From Nitrospirota bacterium (GTDB taxonomy: Bacteria > Nitrospirota > UBA9217), in assembly GCA_963737155.1 (NCBI GenBank), contig CAVTRN010000002.1:224001-288000 (forward strand): a DNA stretch of 64,000 nt, given 5' to 3'. The translations under genes and the position numbers were made by a program. Shown in pieces: positions 17,406-28,309 of the stretch (positions within the stretch are counted from its first letter, which is position 1; every line of letters starts with the position of its first letter). Under the pieces are notes generated by a model. It was not told where the DNA came from and made no database searches. It saw only the letters and a program-made list of their open reading frames with translations.

Positions 17406-18626
17406 CTATTGACGAACCTCAACGCGGCCAATCATGTACGAATGAATCGAGCAGAAGTACTCGTAACTCCCCGACCGGTCAAACATCCGATTGAATGATT
17501 TACCGGGAAAGATTGTATCGGAGCCTGCGGTGCCATCCTTGAACGCAATTGCGTGAGGACTGCCGTCGTTATTAGCCCATGTGACACTCTCGCCAGGGGA
17601 GATGGTGATGACCTGCGGTATAAACGCAAAATTCTCGATCGACACTGTGGCACCGGCGGTCAGTGGCTGCACGACTACCTTACGCGGCTGGTTGCCGACG
17701 GGAATTGTGATGGTCTTGCCGCTCGCGATGTCAACAATTGAAAGAGTGTTTGATCCTTCATTCGTTACATAAGCGATTTTTCCGTCGCCAGACACGGCAA
17801 GCCAATGGGGCTGATCGCCCACCTTGATGCTGCGGACCGCCTTATTCGTACCGGGGTCAAACAAAAAAAGCTCTCCTGGTCCCTGCACGATTGCCATGCC
17901 GTACAGTGCGTTGCGGGGGTGGTTTACGTAATGAGGTGACACCCCGGTAGGTATCTCGGCGACAATCGTATTCGATGCGGGATCAAGCACATCGATTACA
18001 TTTGCGCCTGCCTTGGTGAAGTAAACTGCCTTGCCATCAGACGCATATTCAAGGTCACGGGGCGTCTTATCGACAGCGATGGTGCGTACTACCTGGCGCG
18101 CATCGAGGTCAATCACAGCAACAGCGGACTTACCAGGCACCTGCGATGATATGTAAGCCATTTTGCCGTCGGGGCTGACCCCTATGGTATGCGGCTTCCC
18201 CACCATCACGGTGGCCACGACAGCCTGTTTCGCGGTATCGATGAACGCGATTTTATCTTCGCCGTTGACCGCGACCAGCAACAAATCCCTGCCTGGCACA
18301 AGGGTAACTCCATGCGGCGACTTGCCAACCTCAATCGTTTTCGTAACGTAATCCGAAGAGGTGTCAATAATGCTTATTATCGAGGAACCATCGCTGCTGA
18401 CATAAAGCCATCGTCCATCCGGACTTATGGCCATGCCATGGGGGCCTGTGGCTATCGGTATGGTCGCGATGACGACATCCGCAACTGTATCGACCACGCT
18501 CACTGTATTATCCTTAAAGTTCCCGACATAGGCCTTGGGACCAGCAGCTGCGACACCGCAAACCAAAACGAACGCCAGTACTGATAGCAGCATACGGGTC
18601 ATTTTGAATCTTACCATGGGAGACAT
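17406..18626 (-). CDS. Exported YVTN beta-propeller with C-terminal cupredoxin domain
   Basis: YV-type repeats; PH...YFCSIHSYM type-1 Cu ligands; AGGAGG before ATG 18626. Confidence 0.85.
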   Translation of the reverse strand: MSPMVRFKMTRMLLSVLAFVLVCGVAAAGPKAYVGNFKDNTVSVVDTVADVVIATIPIATGPHGMAISPDGRWLYVSSDGSSIISIIDTSSDYVTKTIEVGKSPHGVTLVPGRDLLLVAVNGEDKIAFIDTAKQAVVATVMVGKPHTIGVSPDGKMAYISSQVPGKSAVAVIDLDARQVVRTIAVDKTPRDLEYASDGKAVYFTKAGANVIDVLDPASNTIVAEIPTGVSPHYVNHPRNALYGMAIVQGPGELFLFDPGTNKAVRSIKVGDQPHWLAVSGDGKIAYVTNEGSNTLSIVDIASGKTITIPVGNQPRKVVVQPLTAGATVSIENFAFIPQVITISPGESVTWANNDGSPHAIAFKDGTAGSDTIFPGKSFNRMFDRSGSYEYFCSIHSYMIGRVEVRQ

Positions 18627-18995
18627 ATATAATCCCTCCTTTCTGAAGCTCGCATTGTTAGTAAGGGAAAGCGAAGAAGACATCCGTCCTTGAGTATCTC
18701 AAGAATTCGACAAGTCTTATTATTGAAAGGTTGTTTATTCTTGCAACTAAGCTTAATTATAGTATAGCACCGTGGTATAATCATTGTGTTTCTAGACAAA
18801 AGAATCGTTTTCAGTATTAAAAAGTTGTTGAGATGCAGATTTATGATAAAAAAAGGCTTAGATATTCTTGATAAAGTGATAATGGCTCGACGGTTAAAAA
18901 GATAGAGAGTCTTTTGAAAAGGGACCAGAAGGCACTCTTGCATTATTTCGATGCATTCGTAAAGAAGTACATTAGGTAATCTTAAAATCCATTAC

Positions 18996-19390
18996 TTATT
19001 TCTCGAGATCAAGCGCAGGCTTAACCGGAGTCAGCCACGAGAATACAACAGCCACAATGAGCAGTGCTGGCACATCGCCATAGATGTCCACGATGTTCCG
19101 GATAAACGAGTGCCTGGATTCCTATAATACATCCATGCACGATACTGGACCAGACGACGAACCATAGAAGGCTGAAATGTTCGAAGGTGTTTATTGGCCG
19201 CAATGATCAAGAATACATCGAGTGTCGCATAAATCACGATTATCATCTGCAGGTAGAGCGAAGGATCTTCCGTGTGGCATGCCCATCCTGAAGGCCAAAT
19301 AATCGTAAGGGGATAAAGACCGACGACACAAAATGCACCTGTTACAACTAACGCAATTTACAAAAACCTGAGTTGAACGGATTGTTCCAT
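18996..19390 (-). pseudogene. DUF6632-like membrane protein, degraded
   Basis: WPSGW, QMIIVIYATL, SLLWFVVWSSIVHG, DVPALL spread over frames with an internal stop. Confidence 0.65.
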
Positions 19391-19776
19391 ATCCTAAGCC
19401 TCCTTCAGTTAAGGCTGGTTTGATTTCCGTTCTCCTCTCGCGAAGGGTTTGGATTTATCGAGAACTATTTAGATACAGGCACGGGCATGAAGATTTGCCA
19501 ACGTTTTCGAATGAGGATATTAAGTATAGATGCTATTGGATTGGGTTTGATAAATGAAGCGTTGCTAAAAAAATGGAAACTTTAATAATTTAGGAATAAC
19601 GTTGCACTACAACTTATAAACGATATTCTTCACCAATGTCGCTCCGACCCGCGTTTTTATCGCATCGGCATCGAGCTGCGGTGAGTGTCGGCGTCTCACA
19701 GACACTCTGAACATATTGTTCCTTGTGGTCAAGAAGCTTTTCGTGGTCGTTACGTTTACGCGACACACAATTCCCT

Positions 19777-20862
19777 CTAATAAAGTCTCTTCCCTGAGAA
19801 CGCGTCGAACAGCACTGCCCGGTCCGTTACAAGCCTGACAGAGGCCTTGCTGTGCGGTGCAAGACCCTCTTCCTGCAGGACGACCCCCCTGATTTTTTCC
19901 CCTTTGCAAAGGACATCCACCCAGGCGAACGCCCCCGCGGGTTCGATGGCCGATATGATGACTTCCAGACCATCCGCCTGCTTCCCTGCCGTCACCTGCA
20001 CGTCCTCAGGCCGGATGCCGAGGATGACTTCACTGCCCGCGGGCCGTTGTATGGTTTGCAGGGCGAGCGCGTGCCCCAGACATTCGATCGTCAGCGGCTC
20101 TGCGCCCCGCACCCTGCAGCGCAGGAAATTCATCGGTGGGCTTCCGATGAACCCGGCCACGAAGGTGTTCGTCGGCCTCCTGTAGACCTCTCGAGGCTGG
20201 TCGTACTGCTGGACCTCTCCGTTGTGCAGGACCGCAAGCCTGTCCGAAAGACCCAGGGCCTCGGCCTGGTCATGGGTCACGTACACGGTTGTGATCCCCA
20301 ACGCTTGGTGCAGCCTCTTCAGTTCCATGCGCATGTCTCCACGGAGTTGGGCGTCCAGGTTTGAGAGCGGCTCGTCCATCAGGAAAATTTTCGGTTTCCG
20401 TATGATCGCCCGTCCGAGTGCCACCCGTTGTCGCTGGCCGCCCGAAAGCTGTCTCGGTTTATTTTCGAGTAGGTCGGACAATCCGAGCAGAGCCGCTACG
20501 CGGTCGACCTCGGCCTTGACAACGTCTTTCCGTTCTTTTTTCATCGTGAGCGGAAAGGCAATGTTCGCATACGCCGTCATGTGGGGGTAGAGCGCGTAGC
20601 TCTGGAACACCATCGCCACATCGCGTTCTTTGGGCGACAGATCGTTCACCGGCTTGTCGTCGAATAAGATCGTTCCTTCAGTGGGCGCTTCGAGTCCCGC
20701 GATCATATTGAGGATGGTCGATTTCCCACACCCGCTTGGTCCGACAAACGTGAAGAACTCGCCGTCTTCAATGGTAAGGTCGAGTGCTTTTATCACGGTG
20801 GTCACACCGAAACTCTTCGTTATGTTATTAAGCCGAATCCGCGTCATAAAATTTATTCCCAA
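19777..20862 (-). CDS. Sugar ABC transporter ATPase (MalK-like)
   Basis: GPSGCGKS, LSGGQRQR, DEPLSNLD. Confidence 0.95.
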   Translation of the reverse strand: MGINFMTRIRLNNITKSFGVTTVIKALDLTIEDGEFFTFVGPSGCGKSTILNMIAGLEAPTEGTILFDDKPVNDLSPKERDVAMVFQSYALYPHMTAYANIAFPLTMKKERKDVVKAEVDRVAALLGLSDLLENKPRQLSGGQRQRVALGRAIIRKPKIFLMDEPLSNLDAQLRGDMRMELKRLHQALGITTVYVTHDQAEALGLSDRLAVLHNGEVQQYDQPREVYRRPTNTFVAGFIGSPPMNFLRCRVRGAEPLTIECLGHALALQTIQRPAGSEVILGIRPEDVQVTAGKQADGLEVIISAIEPAGAFAWVDVLCKGEKIRGVVLQEEGLAPHSKASVRLVTDRAVLFDAFSGKRLY

Positions 20863-20923
20863 TCCAAAATCATCAATTCCCGTTTTCGACTCAAAATCCG
20901 CAATCCGAAATCGACAATGGATA

Positions 20924-21736
20924 TCACCCCTTTACTGCCCCCGCCGTCAGGCCTTCGATAATACGCCGCTGGAACATGAATACGAGGAGTACGAGTGGGA
21001 CCGTGGCTACGACCGAGGCCGCCGCGATGTCCCCCCAGGGGACCTCGTGAATCCCGGGAAAGAGCGCCACGGCAACGGGGACGGTCCTCGAAGCCGGTGT
21101 GGCCGTAAAGGTAAGCGCAAAGAGAAACTCATTCCAGCAGAAGATGAAAACGAGAATTGCGGCTGTGATTACGCCAGGCGCTGCTAAGGGCAGCATGATT
21201 CTGACAAAGGACTGGAAGGGGCTGCACCCATCGACGCGAGAAGCGTGGTAGAGCTCATCGGGCACCTGACGAAAAAAATGGGTCAGGATCCAAACAGAAA
21301 GAGGGAGCGAGAAGGAAGTGTACGTGAGAATGAGCGCCCCCCACGTGTCGCGAAGCCCGAACGCACGAATGATAAGGTAGAGCGGGCTCACCGTAGCAAT
21401 GGGCGGGAACAGGGACGCCGATAGGACGAAAGCCATAATAAATTTTTCATACCGCACCGAAAGTTTCGCAAGACCGAAAGCGGCCAGCGACCCTACGCAG
21501 ACTGACAGCAGGGTGCTCAGCGACGCGACTACCGCACTATTGGCGATGATTCTCGGGAAGGCGGTGGAGGCGAACACTGCGCGGTAGTGGCCGAGTGTGG
21601 GATGGGAGGGAAAGAGCGGGGGCAACTGGGTGAGATCAATGTCGGGCTTGAGGCTCGTTACGATTTGCCACAGAAAGGGGCCGAGGCTCCAAAGCAGGAC
21701 TGCGATCAGCGTAATGCCGAACCAAGCGCGTTTCAC
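20924..21736 (-). CDS. Carbohydrate ABC permease (MalG-like)
   Basis: EAA-like loop, WNEFLFAL, GLTAGAVKG. Confidence 0.95.
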   Translation of the reverse strand: MKRAWFGITLIAVLLWSLGPFLWQIVTSLKPDIDLTQLPPLFPSHPTLGHYRAVFASTAFPRIIANSAVVASLSTLLSVCVGSLAAFGLAKLSVRYEKFIMAFVLSASLFPPIATVSPLYLIIRAFGLRDTWGALILTYTSFSLPLSVWILTHFFRQVPDELYHASRVDGCSPFQSFVRIMLPLAAPGVITAAILVFIFCWNEFLFALTFTATPASRTVPVAVALFPGIHEVPWGDIAAASVVATVPLVLLVFMFQRRIIEGLTAGAVKG

Positions 21737-22584
21737 AGTTCCACCTCCCCTCGCAGCAGTGCGAGATACGCGACGGTGATAGCGCCGGTGCAGAGGAAGA
21801 CGATGACAGAAAGCGTGGAGCCGTAGCCGAACTGGAGCGTCTGGAAGAGGACCTTGTAGGCGTAGATGGAAAGCGTCTCCGTCGTATTGGCCGGGCCTCC
21901 CCCGGTCAGCACGTACACGGCGTCGAAGATGCGGAACGCATCCAGGGTGCGGAAGATAAGCGCCACAAGGACCACGGGCAGGAGCAGCGGCAATGTGATC
22001 CTCCTGAACAGCTGCCAGTCGCCTGCGCCGTCAATGCGCGCTGCCTGGTAGAGCTCGCGCGGGATCACCTTGAGCCCGGCCACAAGCAGGATCACCACAA
22101 ACGGTGTGGTTTTCCAGACGTCCATCACGATCGCTGCGTTCATGGCCCAGAACGGGCTTCCAAGCCAGTTGATCTTCACTCCTAAAAAATAGTTGAGAAT
22201 GCCGAAATCTGAATTATAGATCCACTCCCACATCCGGGCGGACACGACTGTAGGAACTGCCCAGGGCACAAGAACCATGGCCGTGACAAGTCCTTTGAAC
22301 CGGAAAGACCTGTTCAACAGCAAAGCGACAGAGAGGCCGAGCAGTAGCTCGAGCGACACCGAAACCACTGTGAAATAGACTGTGTTGCCGAAGGCGTTCC
22401 AGAACCGGTCGTCCGTGAGCAGAAAACGGTAATTGTCTAGTCCAATGAATTTCTTTATGTCAAAGATCAAAAGCCGCCGCTGAAAGCTTAGGTAAAGGAC
22501 CGACACTAGCGGGTAGATTGTAACAAGACTCAGCAAGACGACAGCCGGCAAAACGAATCGATTCCCTTTTTCCCGTCCCATCAT
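21733..22584 (-). CDS. Carbohydrate ABC permease (MalF-like)
   Basis: DVWKTTPF, YQAARIDGA. Confidence 0.95.
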   Translation of the reverse strand: MMGREKGNRFVLPAVVLLSLVTIYPLVSVLYLSFQRRLLIFDIKKFIGLDNYRFLLTDDRFWNAFGNTVYFTVVSVSLELLLGLSVALLLNRSFRFKGLVTAMVLVPWAVPTVVSARMWEWIYNSDFGILNYFLGVKINWLGSPFWAMNAAIVMDVWKTTPFVVILLVAGLKVIPRELYQAARIDGAGDWQLFRRITLPLLLPVVLVALIFRTLDAFRIFDAVYVLTGGGPANTTETLSIYAYKVLFQTLQFGYGSTLSVIVFLCTGAITVAYLALLRGEVEL

Positions 22585-23975
22585 AGTCCGGCTCCCAGAA
22601 TGTGCTCGACCTGATTCTGGGCCGAAGCGAGCGCCGCATCGGGACTCTTGATGCCTGCAAGGGCAGCGCTGAACTCCGGTTGCAGTACCTGGGTAATCAT
22701 CAGGTAGTAGGGTGTTACGGGCCTCGGCCTCGCCGCCATGAATATGCGATAAAGCGAGGTGACGAAGGGCTGCTCGCGAAGAAGGTCCGCGTCCTTGTAC
22801 AGAGCCGTGCGCGTCGGTTTGTAGCCGGCCGTAATAGCCAGGTTCTTTTGGGCCGCAGGTGACGCAAGAAACCGGACGAGTTTTTCCGCTGCTTCAGGAT
22901 TTCGCGAATACCGGTTCACACCGAGCTGCCATCCGCCAAGAGTGGATGCACTCCGATGTCCCGGGAACGAAGGCAACGCCGAAATGCCAACCTTGCCGCG
23001 GACAGGCGAACCCTCACTGTTGAAGATGTTCCACGCATAAGGCCAATTGCGCATGAAGAGCGCCCTGTTGCCGCCGAAGAGGTTCCGCGCGGTTTCCTCC
23101 ATCGTAGTGGCCACGAGCGGTGGTGTAACCCCGTCCCGAGCTATCAGATCGCGCATGAACCGCAGGGCTTCGACATTCTGCGCGATGTCAATGGTCGGTT
23201 TGCCCTTTTCGAGTACCCCGCCTCCGTTGCTCCAGAAGAATTCGAGCACGTTGCAGACCAGCCCTTCGTACTGTTTGCCCTCCCAGATAAAACCGTATAG
23301 GCCCTTCTCGTGTGCTGTGATGTCCTGTGCAGTCTTCACGAGTTCCTGCCATGTCTTGGGAACAGGTTGGCCATACTTTTTCAGCAGGTCCATTCGATAA
23401 TACAAAAGACCTGCGTCGATGTACCAGGGAAGGGCGTAGAGTCTTTTATCGTAAGTTACGGCCTCGATCGGACCGGGAAAGAAAGCATGCTGCTCCCCTT
23501 CGGGGAGGACGTTCGTTACGTCTCGCAGCCATCCCGCGCGCGCGAATTCAGGAACCCAGATTACGTCCAGAGCTAAGACGTCGAAAGCCGCGCTTCTTCC
23601 TTCGAGGTTGATGACGTAGAACTGGTGTTGCTCGTCCGTGGACGCGGGAAGCGTTTCGTCCTGTACGCGAATTTCGGGGTTCTCTTGCTCAAAACGATCG
23701 AGGAGTCTCCGGAACTGCGCAGGATCTCCGGCAATCTTGCCGTGTTTGAAAACGACAGTCGTTGCTCCCCGCACTGCCGCATACTCACTTTCGCTGCGCT
23801 TGCAAGCCGCAAGCGAAAGAAGAACCGCGAGCAGGAAGACAGCTGGAAGGAGAACTCTTTTCAAATAATAATGATCTCGCACATGCTCATCCCCATGCAG
23901 GACAATGAGGCGTTCAAGGAACGTAAACCGCCAAATATTGGTCCAAAAACCGTACTTATATAATGAAATAGACAT
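22581..23975 (-). CDS. Sugar ABC substrate-binding lipoprotein (trehalose/maltose type); true start probably later
   Basis: Lipobox LAAC; DVIWVPEFA, YEGLVCN, MRNWPY. Confidence 0.9.
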   Translation of the reverse strand: MSISLYKYGFWTNIWRFTFLERLIVLHGDEHVRDHYYLKRVLLPAVFLLAVLLSLAACKRSESEYAAVRGATTVVFKHGKIAGDPAQFRRLLDRFEQENPEIRVQDETLPASTDEQHQFYVINLEGRSAAFDVLALDVIWVPEFARAGWLRDVTNVLPEGEQHAFFPGPIEAVTYDKRLYALPWYIDAGLLYYRMDLLKKYGQPVPKTWQELVKTAQDITAHEKGLYGFIWEGKQYEGLVCNVLEFFWSNGGGVLEKGKPTIDIAQNVEALRFMRDLIARDGVTPPLVATTMEETARNLFGGNRALFMRNWPYAWNIFNSEGSPVRGKVGISALPSFPGHRSASTLGGWQLGVNRYSRNPEAAEKLVRFLASPAAQKNLAITAGYKPTRTALYKDADLLREQPFVTSLYRIFMAARPRPVTPYYLMITQVLQPEFSAALAGIKSPDAALASAQNQVEHILGAGL

Positions 23976-24607
23976 TCAGAGTGCTTTAAGATCCGGGGTC
24001 CCTTGAGGTAAAGGCTTATAAGGATGTACACGACACATATTGCCATCCCCAGCTACATGATGAGTGATATAGTATTGATTATAATTATTTAGCAACTGTA
24101 ATCTGCGCACAGACTGTTATCAGATAAGTTCAGTTTGCAGGGGCAGTTTTCGTCTATTAATTATTGAATAGGTTTAACCATGTACATAAAATATGTGCAT
24201 AGTAATGTTGCGTAATACCGAACTGGCTTATCTTTCTCAAATATATGCGAGATTCATGTCACTGTCAATGTCGGCCACCGGGAATTGTAACTGGTATCGA
24301 ATGGTTATATCGGACAGGACTTGTTTGTGTAGACGTTAACAGTTATGGGATATACATTGATGTGTTTCAAAGAAGAGTAACTTCATCAGATTCAGGATGT
24401 ACCTCGCGATACAGTTATAACCTGTATTCCCATCATGAACGCGCGGGTTCATGCGAAGCGGGTTGGAGTGGGAAGACTACTAGTTATTTGAGTAGGATCC
24501 AGGCTGCTATTCTTCCAAGCACGTTTTGCGGTTTGGCAAACAACGTGATACAATAGAAATACAATACGCAGGTGACCAACACGAACAGACATCAAAGGAG
24601 GTGCATC

Positions 24608-25045
24608 ATGGCAATACGTACCGCAGAAGCCCGATGGGAAGGAAATTTGAAGAAAGGCAAAGGCACCATAAAACTCGGGAGCGGTGTTTTTGTAGGAAAC
24701 TATTCTTTTGGCTCACGGTTCGAAAAAGTGCCGGGCACAAACCCCGAGGAACTGATCGGCGCTGCGCATGCGGGGTGCTTCAGCATGGCGCTTTCGATGA
24801 TCCTGGAGCTGGCAGGGTTCACGGCAGACAGTATCCAGACCACGGCACGGGTTTCCATCGACAAGGTGGGTGACGGCTTTAAAATTACCACTATCGAACT
24901 GGAAACTGAAGGTAGCGTTCCCGGTATCGATGAAAAAACGTTCAATGAAAAAGCTGAAGCTGCCAAGAAAGGATGCCCTGTGTCCATGGCCCTTGCGGGT
25001 GTCGAGATCACTTTGAAATCCAGGCTAGTGAAAAAGGCGGGATGA
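24608..25045 (+). CDS. osmC: Peroxiredoxin OsmC
   Basis: TNPEELIGAAHAGCFSMA, CPVS; RBS AGGAGG. Confidence 0.9.
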   Translation: MAIRTAEARWEGNLKKGKGTIKLGSGVFVGNYSFGSRFEKVPGTNPEELIGAAHAGCFSMALSMILELAGFTADSIQTTARVSIDKVGDGFKITTIELETEGSVPGIDEKTFNEKAEAAKKGCPVSMALAGVEITLKSRLVKKAG

Positions 25046-25294
25046 GGTTTGGTATTCAGGTATACATCACATGAGGTGACGCTCATGTTGTTCTATTTTG
25101 TTCGGCATATGAATGAAATATGAGGAAGAAGATAGGGCACGTGGGCTTCTGGGTTGAGAAACTTGCTCCCGAAGGCAGCAGGTCAATGTCCATTTCATAG
25201 ACTGCTATTGATTGCCATTATCGCTTCCGTCCCAGCAATATGGGCTCTCATGGGGGATATATAGGAACAGTGCCTCTTGAGTGTAGGGTCGGTC

Positions 25295-25855
25295 ATGGTG
25301 CATAAAATCAGTAATTCATTCTATAAACACGATGCGGAAACGCTTGCCCGGGATTTGATCGGAGCGATCCTCATACATCGAAGGCGAGACAGGATATACC
25401 GCGCCCGCATTGTTGAGACCGAAGCCTACATCGGCCCTCACGACCAGGCATCACACTCCTCGAAAGGGCGCACGAAGCGCACGGAAGTCATGTTCGGTCC
25501 CGCTGGCTGCGCCTACGTATACCTGATCTATGGAATGTACGAGATGTTCAACATCGTCGCGGGAAAAACAGGCAGTGGCCAGGCGGTGCTTATCCGGGCG
25601 GCCGAGCCCCTGGGTGACTGGGATGCCGACCTCTCGGGGCCGGGTAAGCTATCACGCGCACTCGGGATCACCCGTTCCATAAACGGCTTGGACCTGACCG
25701 GGAACAGACTGTATCTCGTGCAGGATCCTCAATACCAACCGCGGATCGGGAGGGCGAAACGGATTGGCATCGAGTATGCGGGGAAATGGAAGCACAGAAA
25801 GCTCCGTTTTTTTGATGCTGGGAGCGCGGCAGTGACCCATCGCCCAAGTGGCTAG
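25295..25855 (+). CDS. mpg: DNA-3-methyladenine glycosylase
   Basis: RIVETEAY, YVYLIYGMY, AVLIRA, GPGKL, RIGI. Confidence 0.9.
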   Translation: MVHKISNSFYKHDAETLARDLIGAILIHRRRDRIYRARIVETEAYIGPHDQASHSSKGRTKRTEVMFGPAGCAYVYLIYGMYEMFNIVAGKTGSGQAVLIRAAEPLGDWDADLSGPGKLSRALGITRSINGLDLTGNRLYLVQDPQYQPRIGRAKRIGIEYAGKWKHRKLRFFDAGSAAVTHRPSG

Positions 25856-26076
25856 ATGATCATCGGGAAGGCTACGAATCCGTGGTATCCTTTGTTTCGA
25901 ATGCAGGCTGGAACTTTACGTGATTCAAAGAATGGAGACTCTAACTCATACAGAAAAACAGCGCTGCTCCAACTTTCAATCGGCATTAGTCAATCATATT
26001 CTAATCTACTTGATCCAGAGTCCACCTACGAGTTCGTATGATGATGATATGTATCGATTGCCGGTAGAAATTTACA

Positions 26077-26142
26077 CTGGAACGCGGGCGGCAAGCCGGC
26101 GCAGCGCACCAGAGCAAGATCGGCTCTACCGCCTTGTTGTGC
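26077..26142 (-). other. Integron attC site
   Basis: Minus strand: R'' GCACAAC, 5 nt, GGTAGAGCCG ... CGGCTTGCC, 6 nt, R' GTTCCAG. Confidence 0.7.
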
Positions 26143-26727
26143 GTCTTAATTTCTTAGGTTTTTTAGTTTATTTTAGTTTTTAACCTACTCGACCCCTCGA
26201 GTCAGCGAGAAGAAACTATAGCTTCATGTCTTTTTACTTTTGTGTACTTTCGCTCGAGTACCCGCAGGCGCTATCTTCTTCAATTTGGCACGATTGTAAT
26301 CAACAGCGGCACGGACGAGATTTTTTAAAGCACGCTCATTAATCTTATCGCCCACGAAAAAATCGATCGCTCGTCTCGCGTTGCCTTCGAGGCCCGCGTT
26401 GAAGAGCTTGTCAGGATCCGGGAGGCTCGCCCCGTGGGCAAAGGTAAGCTTCACCTTCTCTTTGTGGGCGTTGGCGACCGCGATTATTCCGTCGTGAGAC
26501 CACACTGGGCTTCCCATCCACTTCCATTCCTCGATTATCTCCCGGTCGGCCTCAAGGATGCTCTTGCGGATGCTGGCGAACGTTTTGCCACGCCAGTCTG
26601 TGAGTTCAGCGATCAGCTTGTCAATACGTTCCGATGGATTCATAGGATTCTTTATGCCTTCCTTTTCAGTTTTTTATTATCGAAGTAGCTTTCAGATTAT
26701 TCTTTTTCTTTGCCTTTGGGCAGCACA
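26083..26727 (-). mobile_element. Single integron gene cassette (DUF1801 gene + attC)
   Basis: 5' boundary GCACA-C (26723-26728) equals R'' GCACAAC with one base missing. Confidence 0.65.
26224..26643 (-). CDS. DUF1801 (YdhG-like) protein
   Basis: DWRG, EEWKW, FAHGASLPDPDKLFN, RRAID. Confidence 0.85.
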   Translation of the reverse strand: MNPSERIDKLIAELTDWRGKTFASIRKSILEADREIIEEWKWMGSPVWSHDGIIAVANAHKEKVKLTFAHGASLPDPDKLFNAGLEGNARRAIDFFVGDKINERALKNLVRAAVDYNRAKLKKIAPAGTRAKVHKSKKT

Positions 26728-26811
26728 ACAATTGATTGAGTAGTTTTCGGTATTATAGCAAAATTTGATTTCAGGGGGCACATGCATTATTACATGCTTA
26801 AAAAAATTTCA

Positions 26812-26840
26812 AATATAACAAACTGATGCAATTCGCTCAA
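26812..26840 (-). promoter_or_regulatory. Putative cassette promoter (Pc-like), copy 2
   Basis: TTGAGC-17 bp-TATATT with TGn extension. Confidence 0.6.
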
Positions 26841-26985
26841 CATTCAAATATTAATGCTTGAGGACTTTTCGGTCAAATCCTATGACACTTATCCGCCGTG
26901 CTGTTTTCGAGATGAAGTATGGATTATTGTGAAGAAGGCAACTCCAATGATACAGGAAGTCATATTGCCCTGCGGTTAATGGTAC

Positions 26986-27573
26986 TTAATTAAAGAACGG
27001 CAACTTAAAGATCAAGAGATACCCGTTCAGCATCAATAGCGTGCCGAGTGATGCGGAAACAAGTGCAAAATAAAATATCTGGCGAGAGGCAGCTAGTATC
27101 GAGATTGATGCCATGACAATGGATATCTGCAGCAAAACCTCGGCATAGTCGAAATAGGGGTCCTTGCTGAGGTACTTATCCCGCTCTGCCTCAAGATGTT
27201 TGGCCTCATCTTCTATTATTTTCTTCTCCTCACCATATCGCGCTTCTTCCGCGTGCATGTCTCTGAGCATTGCCTCATATCGCTTTTTTGCCTCCGGTTT
27301 CATTCCCGCGCCCCGCTCAAGAAGGTCCACTTCTATCCGTAGTCCGTTCGTTTTATAGAGATGTTCCCGCAGGACTTTTGATTGGTAAAAGGCCCACTGG
27401 TCCGAGGCCTGCTGTTGTGAAAGCAGCAGTTCTTTCATGGCATTGTTGCCGCCCAGCGAACTGATGGCGAGTAGCACTGCGAATATTGCCGTGGTCAATG
27501 CAACGTGTTTTGTAAACTTCTTTGCTTTGATTTCTTCGAGCTCTTCAAGATTGGGAAGTTCTACTTCAGCCAT
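26986..27573 (-). CDS. DUF4337 membrane protein
   Basis: ASDQWAFYQSK, LLQISIV. Confidence 0.8.
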   Translation of the reverse strand: MAEVELPNLEELEEIKAKKFTKHVALTTAIFAVLLAISSLGGNNAMKELLLSQQQASDQWAFYQSKVLREHLYKTNGLRIEVDLLERGAGMKPEAKKRYEAMLRDMHAEEARYGEEKKIIEDEAKHLEAERDKYLSKDPYFDYAEVLLQISIVMASISILAASRQIFYFALVSASLGTLLMLNGYLLIFKLPFFN

Positions 27574-27799
27574 GGGCTGTATCCTCTCTATTTAACTTAG
27601 GAAGTGAGTAAATTGAGGCGCACCTTTTTAACCCGACATATTCCCAAGATTTGCCGGCTTTCGCTTCGCCCTGCTCGACCTACAAATTACTGCAATTAAT
27701 TGAAATATTCAATAGTAGCATAGCAACCCCGGGTGCAGTAAACAGGAAAGAGTTGCCGACAGAAAACTTTTATCGCAAAATATTAATGATACAAATTGA

Positions 27800-27902
27800 A
27801 TTCTGCACCTGCAATATAATTATATGAAACTCGACTTCACCTGCAAGCTTGCATGCGTGTTGACTAAAATTCAATGCAAACTACTACGTGAGAAATGATA
27901 AT
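27800..27902. repeat. Intergenic repeat family B, copy 2
   Basis: Homologous to 6773-6875. Confidence 0.75.
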
Positions 27903-27915
27903 CCTATAAGGGGCA

Positions 27916-27974
27916 AATGAACGAGCGGCTGAAGCGCTGCTTTTGGCGTTTCGCCGTCGAACCGGTTGTTAGAA
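27916..27974 (-). other. Degenerate attC-like site
   Basis: TTCTAAC...GTTCATT, 59 bp, imperfect inner arms. Confidence 0.45.
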
Positions 27975-28309
27975 CTTTTATCGAGATTTCATTATTTTGG
28001 AAATCTCATGGAATGATCACGCAAGCCTTGTCACGCCCTCGAAAACACTGTGAACAGCTATTGACTGGTTTCGCCCTTTATCCCAACCTATTTTGGCTTG
28101 ATCGGCCCTCACTTGTTCTCACCGACATCTGAGAAGTTTGCACCTTCAGGCTTGCGGAGCCTTGTCGCCTGTTTATTCATAACAACTTACACAACTTATC
28201 AACGTTCCCCCAGGTCATAGCACAGATCGGACTGTCGTAAAAGCTCCGATAGGCTCCCCCAGCTTGGCAGCTCGCTCAAAACCTACTGCAGTGGCTAGAA
28301 ACTGCGGCA

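Noticed and set aside
24432-24463. Hairpin resembling an attC 3' half
   Set aside because: No matching R'' box or associated gene
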